Source: an uncultured Candidatus Saccharibacteria bacterium (lineage in GTDB: Bacteria > Patescibacteriota > Dojkabacteria > J137). Taken from it: DNA of 64,000 nt. The notes beneath the pieces were generated by a model that saw only the letters and a program-made list of their open reading frames with translations, did no database searches and was not told the origin of the DNA. Below, piece after piece: positions 59,849-64,000 of the stretch (its first letter is position 1; the number at the start of each line of letters is the position of its first letter). The stretch is taken from contig CAZSKK010000002.1 of assembly GCA_964607415.1 (NCBI GenBank), positions 9,991-73,990 of the forward strand. The letters are read 5' to 3'. The translations under genes were made by a program, and so were the position numbers.

Positions 59849-60844
59849 TTACTTCTTACTACTCTTCTTTGTAGCTTTTCTTTTCTTCTCAGTTTCTTCC
59901 TGAACTCTCTCTAAAATCCCCTTTACTGCTTTGGATTTTGTAGCAGTTTTTTTAGGAGCAGTTGTTTGAACTTTTGGTTCACTTACAAATGCTTTAGCTT
60001 CTGCTTCAACTATTGCTTTAGCTTTTTCTTCTTCTAATGGCTCTTCTACCTTTGCAATTTTAACTTCTGCTTTTGCGTAGTCTTTAAGGTCATGTTTAAT
60101 ACCATTTCCGCCATTACCTGTTAAGACTGAATCTGCCAGGCATCCTACAATTAGTTCAAGAGTTTTTACTGCATCATCATTTGATGGAATTACATAGTCA
60201 GCTTTATCAGGATCGTTATTTGTATCAACAAGAGCAACAACAGGGATTCCTAGTTTTTTAGCTTCTCTGATTGCTCCCTTGTCATATTTAACATCAACAA
60301 CAACTACAGCTGTTGGTTTGCTTGCTAATAATTTTACTCCTGCGTAAAGTCTGTCTAATCTTTGCCATTCTTTCTTCATTCTAGAAATTTCGTACTTCGT
60401 TCTTCCTTCAACACCTTCTGTAAATGCTTGTTCAAGAGCTTTTAATTTATTCAAACTTCTTTTTACTTCTTCGAAGTTTGTAAGTAGTCCTCCTGCCCAT
60501 CTTTTATCAATAAAGAATGACCCCGATTTAATTGCGTTAGTTTTAATAATTTCTTGAGCTTGTTTTTTTGTTCCTACAAATAAAACCGGTCCTCTGCTTG
60601 CAGCTTCTACCAAGAATTCCGATGCTTTTTTAAGTGATTCAATTGTTTGTTCTGCATCAATAATGTGAATTCCGTTTTGAGCTTTGTAAATGAATTTCTT
60701 CATTTTAGGATTCCATCTTTGAGTTTCGTGTCCAAAGTGTGATCCTGCCTCTAGTAGGTCTTTTAGTGTAGGTAATTTAACTTTCTTTGGGGCTTTTTTT
60801 TCTACCGCAGCCTCTGCGTGAGTTGTTGAAGCGTCTGTCGCCAT
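59849..60844 (-). CDS. rpsB: 30S ribosomal protein S2 with extended Lys/Ala/Glu-rich C-terminus
   Basis: LLEAGSHFGHETQRWNPKM...LFVGTKKQAQ... Confidence 0.9.
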   Translation of the reverse strand: MATDASTTHAEAAVEKKAPKKVKLPTLKDLLEAGSHFGHETQRWNPKMKKFIYKAQNGIHIIDAEQTIESLKKASEFLVEAASRGPVLFVGTKKQAQEIIKTNAIKSGSFFIDKRWAGGLLTNFEEVKRSLNKLKALEQAFTEGVEGRTKYEISRMKKEWQRLDRLYAGVKLLASKPTAVVVVDVKYDKGAIREAKKLGIPVVALVDTNNDPDKADYVIPSNDDAVKTLELIVGCLADSVLTGNGGNGIKHDLKDYAKAEVKIAKVEEPLEEEKAKAIVEAEAKAFVSEPKVQTTAPKKTATKSKAVKGILERVQEETEKKRKATKKSSKK

Positions 60845-60868
60845 TTCCTTAATAATAATAAATTAAAT

Positions 60869-60942
60869 ATTCTTCCGAAGAATGCTCCCGTTTCCGGGTA
60901 GGAAAATTAATTCTTCGTGCTGGATTAAGAAAGATTATATCA
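60869..60942 (-). promoter_or_regulatory. rpsB 5' leader: extended -10 promoter (TGATATAAT on the minus strand at ~60931-60942) and a nested stem-loop leader structure
   Basis: The reverse complement carries TGATATAAT; the leader folds as CGAAGAAT[gctCCCGtttcCGGGtaggaaaatta]ATTCTTCG, and ATTCTTCCGAAGAAT is itself a palindrome. Confidence 0.45.
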
Positions 60943-61009
60943 GAACAGGTCAAGAAGTTAAAGAGTTGACGCGTTTACGGGTTAATCAGTTTGTCAATTC
61001 TATCAGGAC

Positions 61010-61033
61010 GTCATCCTGAACTTGTTTCAGGAT
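61010..61033. repeat. short relic of the inverted-repeat family (GTCATCCTGAACTTGTTTCAGGAT)
   Basis: Left arm matches the 49706 element's terminus; 8-bp hairpin ATCCTGAA/TTCAGGAT. Confidence 0.45.
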
Positions 61034-61123
61034 CTAACTAAATTTTATTTACAAAATACAATTTACTATTTACTGACTACTCTTCTCTGCTATAATTCCG
61101 GAAATTAATTTTTCAAAAACAAT

Positions 61124-61447
61124 ATGGAAGACCCAAAACAGCAATTATTAGACCCTCTTGAAATTGAGATGGAAAAAATCCAAAAAGAAATTCTAGAATT
61201 AGATTTGGCATTGGATAAGGTTAGGCATCAAGCAGAATTAGCAAAGCAAGTTAAAGATTTAATAGAAACAATAGGTGCGCCTGTATTCGACCCTACTTTT
61301 ATGGAGGCATTGAACACAAAGTTAAATGCAGAAGAAATTACTATCGAGCTTTACAACGCAACAATTGAGTTAATAAGCGATGCAGTTAAAACTATAGAAA
61401 ACCTAGCTGTAAATCTGATTACGCCTAAATCGAATTTTGAAGGATAA
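61124..61447 (+). CDS. hypothetical coiled-coil protein (107 aa)
   Basis: ORF only. Confidence 0.4.
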   Translation: MEDPKQQLLDPLEIEMEKIQKEILELDLALDKVRHQAELAKQVKDLIETIGAPVFDPTFMEALNTKLNAEEITIELYNATIELISDAVKTIENLAVNLITPKSNFEG

Positions 61448-61538
61448 AAAATTTACAGCTTAATTTCTTGCATTAAATTTCTGACATACTCCTCTTCTAT
61501 CAGCAGTAACCCTAAAATTATTTTTATATTTTTCTGCA

Positions 61539-61766
61539 ATGGAGTATGAAACAAAAGTTATTCTATACAAAAGTATTTCTTCTATGAATAATGGAATAGC
61601 CAATATGCAAGCTTCTGGTTGGGAAGTTCTAGAAACCGAGACTCTTTCTGGTAATTATGGTTGTGCCAAGACAGCATGCTTTGGCTGCTTATTTTTACCT
61701 CTAGCACTTCTAGGAAAAAAATCTGATCAATTCAAAGTTGTATATAAAAGAAAGAAAAGCCTTTAA
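61539..61766 (+). CDS. small protein, possibly DUF4177-like
   Basis: MEYETKVI...ASGWEVLE...VVYKRKK loosely matches the DUF4177 pattern (WEYK...GWELV...FKR). Confidence 0.3.
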   Translation: MEYETKVILYKSISSMNNGIANMQASGWEVLETETLSGNYGCAKTACFGCLFLPLALLGKKSDQFKVVYKRKKSL

Positions 61767-61859
61767 CACTAATATCAAACTTAGTGAGTTGGTCAAGGAA
61801 TTGTAAGTTTAAGAGTTAACGTGTTTTCGGGTTAGAGAATTAACGGCTTAATAATAAGA

Positions 61860-62213
61860 TTAAAGCTCTTCTGCAATCCTATTCAGTACTTTATCAATAT
61901 CCAAGAAAACCTCTTCATTTGTAAATCTGATTATTTTTATATAGAAACTTTCAATATGTACAGTTCTTACTCTGTCGTAATCTGATATTTCAGGTAATAA
62001 ATGGTGTGAACCGTCAATTTCAATACCTAGTCTGCTACCAGGGCAATAAAAATCCAAAATATATTTGCCAATGGAATACTGCCTTAGAAATCTTACGCCA
62101 TACAGCCTACGCTTTCTAAGATTTTTCCACATCAAAGCCTCGTAGTCTGTAGGCGACTTTCTTAGTTCTCTTCTGTAGTATTTTAAATTTTCAGTGTTGT
62201 ATAACTTAGTCAT
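61860..62213 (-). CDS. DUF559 (Vsr-like endonuclease fold) protein
   Basis: MTKLYNTENLKYYRRELRKSPTDYEALMWKNLR...YILDFYCP...IEIDG; start trimmed because the upstream in-frame codons lie across repeat copy C. Confidence 0.6.
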   Translation of the reverse strand: MTKLYNTENLKYYRRELRKSPTDYEALMWKNLRKRRLYGVRFLRQYSIGKYILDFYCPGSRLGIEIDGSHHLLPEISDYDRVRTVHIESFYIKIIRFTNEEVFLDIDKVLNRIAEEL

Positions 62214-62234
62214 AATTGGAATAACCCCACCGGC

Positions 62235-62335
62235 TCTCCGAGCCACCCGAAAATGCACATTGTGCATTTGAGTGCAGCTTACTAGAGGGCCTCATTAGCT
62301 CCACTCGACAGCATAATATGCTGTCTCAGGGGAGG
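62235..62335. repeat. copy C of the structured intergenic repeat (with ~20-nt internal insertion), in the DUF559 upstream region
   Basis: CTCTCCGAGCCACCCGAAAATGCACATTGTGCATT...ACAGCATAATATGCTGTCTCAGGGGAGG. Confidence 0.75.
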
Positions 62336-62442
62336 AATCAAAGGAGGGGTTATTAAGTGTACCGAATAGTATAAAGTTCCGCATTGTACCGCAGCACAAA
62401 TTTCATCTGATATAATTTGTAATTACTCTTTAAAACTACCCT

Positions 62443-63243
62443 ATGTCTGAAATAAAAATAATCTCCTGGAACGTAAATGGAATTAGAGCAGCTTTAAAGA
62501 AAGGCTTTGTTGATTATGTTAAACAAGAAAATCCAGATATAATCTGCCTTCAAGAAACTAAAGCAATGCAAGGACAAGCCGAAATTGACTTACCTGATTA
62601 CATTGAATATTGGAACTCTGCCGAAAGAAAAGGCTATTCAGGAACTGCAATTTTCAGTAAAACTCCTGCTATTAAGGTTTTTAACAATATTACTGCAAAT
62701 GGAAAATTAATTGAAATTGCAGATAAATACGGTAACGCAAACAATGAAGGACGTGTAATTGCAACTGAATTTGAAAAATTTTTTGTAGTTAGTGTTTACA
62801 CGCCAAACTCAAAAGGAGATTTAACAAGGTTAGAATTTAGACATAAAAATTGGGATCCAACTTTTTTAAATTATATTAAAGAACTTGAAAAACAAAAGCC
62901 AGTAATATTTTGTGGAGATTTAAATGTTGCACATACGGAAATTGATCTTGCTAGACCAAAAACAAACGAATTTAGCCATGGTTTTACCAAAGAAGAAAGA
63001 CAAGGTTTTGATAATATTATAAATGCAGGATTTATAGATACTTTTAGAACTCTTCACCCTAATGAACTTAACGCATATAGCTGGTGGGCACCTTTTGGTA
63101 AAGCAAGAGAACAAAATATTGGATGGCGTATAGATTACTTTTGTGTTTCGAAATCTTTAAAAAGTAACGTAAAAGATGCGTTTATTAGACCAGAAGTAAA
63201 AGGCTCAGATCATTGTCCGGTTGGGGTTATAGTAGATTGTTGA
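62443..63243 (+). CDS. xth: exodeoxyribonuclease III
   Basis: IISWNVNGIRAA...DIICLQETK...GSDHCPV. Confidence 0.9.
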   Translation: MSEIKIISWNVNGIRAALKKGFVDYVKQENPDIICLQETKAMQGQAEIDLPDYIEYWNSAERKGYSGTAIFSKTPAIKVFNNITANGKLIEIADKYGNANNEGRVIATEFEKFFVVSVYTPNSKGDLTRLEFRHKNWDPTFLNYIKELEKQKPVIFCGDLNVAHTEIDLARPKTNEFSHGFTKEERQGFDNIINAGFIDTFRTLHPNELNAYSWWAPFGKAREQNIGWRIDYFCVSKSLKSNVKDAFIRPEVKGSDHCPVGVIVDC

Positions 63244-63279
63244 TTTGTTTAATGTTAATTTGTCTATCGAATTAACAAA

Positions 63280-64000
63280 TTAACTACTCACTAACTGCTT
63301 TTTAGCAATTCTCTTTATATCCTTAACCTTTGGATAATCTGGGTGCGCCCAAAAGAAGCCGAACTTACCAGATTTTAGAAGATAATCTTTTCCATCCTCA
63401 GTTTTGGGAGGTTCACCAAATGTTGCTCTTAATTTTTCCGGCTTCATGACAAGTGGCTTGGCATCTTTAACTTTTGGGTAATCAGGGTGTGCCCAAAATT
63501 TGCCAAATTTACCAGCTTTCAGAACATAATCTTTGCCATCTTCTGTTTTTGGAGGGTCTTCATAGTCATTTTTAAATTCAACTGATTGTGCTTCTTTTTC
63601 GATATCCTCTTTGCTTTGAAGATCAATTGATAACATTCCCTTACAATCAGGAAACCTGGAACAACTGTAAAATCTTCCATACCTGCCTAATTTAATAACC
63701 ATTTTTGATCCACACTCCGGACATTTAACGCTATCTGGAGCATCTCCTAGCACTGTAAATTCATCTCTTGGAATATCTTTTTCCTTCTCTTTTATTGTTT
63801 TTTCAAAAGGAAAATAAAAATCAGATAGCATTGCCACCCAATCTAATTTTCCGTCAGCAATCTTATCCAGTTCATCTTCCATTTCTGCTGTAAATGCATA
63901 ATCTACAATATTAAAGAAGTATTTTGTTAACAATTTGTTAACAACTCTTCCAGTATCTGTTGGTTTTAAATATCTACCTTCTTTTTCGACATATTTTCTG
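63280..64000 (-). CDS. topA: DNA topoisomerase I, C-terminal part (gene continues beyond window end)
   Basis: In-frame translation continues past 63933 (…YVEKEGRYLKPTDTGRVVNKLLTKYFFNIVDYAFTAEMEDELDKIA = Topo IA domain); C4 zinc ribbon CPECGSK...CSRFPDCK; two DGKDY(V/L)LK.GKFG.FWAHPDYPK Topo_C repeats. Confidence 0.85.
   Translation of the reverse strand, partial: RKYVEKEGRYLKPTDTGRVVNKLLTKYFFNIVDYAFTAEMEDELDKIADGKLDWVAMLSDFYFPFEKTIKEKEKDIPRDEFTVLGDAPDSVKCPECGSKMVIKLGRYGRFYSCSRFPDCKGMLSIDLQSKEDIEKEAQSVEFKNDYEDPPKTEDGKDYVLKAGKFGKFWAHPDYPKVKDAKPLVMKPEKLRATFGEPPKTEDGKDYLLKSGKFGFFWAHPDYPKVKDIKRIAKKQLVSS

Noticed and set aside
61860-62267. ORF-track DUF559 protein with an 18-aa N-terminal extension (MHNVHFRVARRAGGVIPI).
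   Set aside because: The extension is the translated repeat element copy C.

Overview
This is an AT-rich bacterial chromosomal segment (roughly one-third GC by eye) that uses the standard code; TGA is a stop (e.g. the mutL stop overlaps the next start as ATGA). It is dense with housekeeping genes in compact operons, and several ribosomal and other proteins carry Lys/Ser-rich tails. Together with the pilus locus below, the overall look is of a small-genome, Patescibacteria/CPR-like organism, but that taxonomy is inference only.

Called genes include murA (5'-truncated at the window edge), murB, mutL, clpP, a thrS-like/infC/rpmI/rplT operon, a class A PBP, recG, uppP, trmL-like, rsmD, nusB, rnc, rpsP, holB-like, gyrB, gyrA, ruvB/A/C, yebC, dnaB, rpmE, prfA, ctpA, rpsF-ssb-rpsR, recR, ybaB, dnaX, rpsU, rseP, frr, tsf, rpsB, xth and a 5'-truncated topA. 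Three tRNAs are present: Val-GAC, Ser-UGA and Leu-CAA.

The accessory-looking content is a complete minus-strand type IV pilus/competence-pilus locus running pilB-pilT-pilC, two pilins, pilD, three pseudopilins, a PilX-like protein and pilM-N-O. There are also several proteins of unknown function (a two-gene operon between murA and murB, a NYN-domain protein, DUF1801, DUF192, DUF559, DUF4177-like, an FN3-polytopic membrane protein and LCP-family and VanZ-like proteins). No CRISPR array, reverse transcriptase, integrase or transposase gene was seen.

The most unusual signal is non-coding. A roughly 80-100 nt intergenic element recurs three times (29275-29355, 53074-53152, 62235-62335). It has two hairpins whose stems covary between copies and end motifs of the form CTCCTGA...TCAGGRKGAGG. 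Related relics sit at 29383-29456 and 61010-61033, and a clean MITE-like unit with 20-bp terminal inverted repeats sits at 49706-49777. Two copies lie inside essential operons (pilT/pilC and ssb/rpsR), and all three have the same orientation relative to the flanking minus-strand genes. This looks like an undescribed miniature repeat or structured-RNA family.

Other points of interest are a ThrRS homologue at the canonical thrS locus whose catalytic-core motifs look degenerate while the editing and anticodon-binding domains are intact, structured leaders upstream of clpP, rpsB and rpsU, a tRNA-Leu 5'-fragment duplication, and several small palindrome/repeat families. All calls rest on reading the sequence and the ORF translations by eye; no searches were run.
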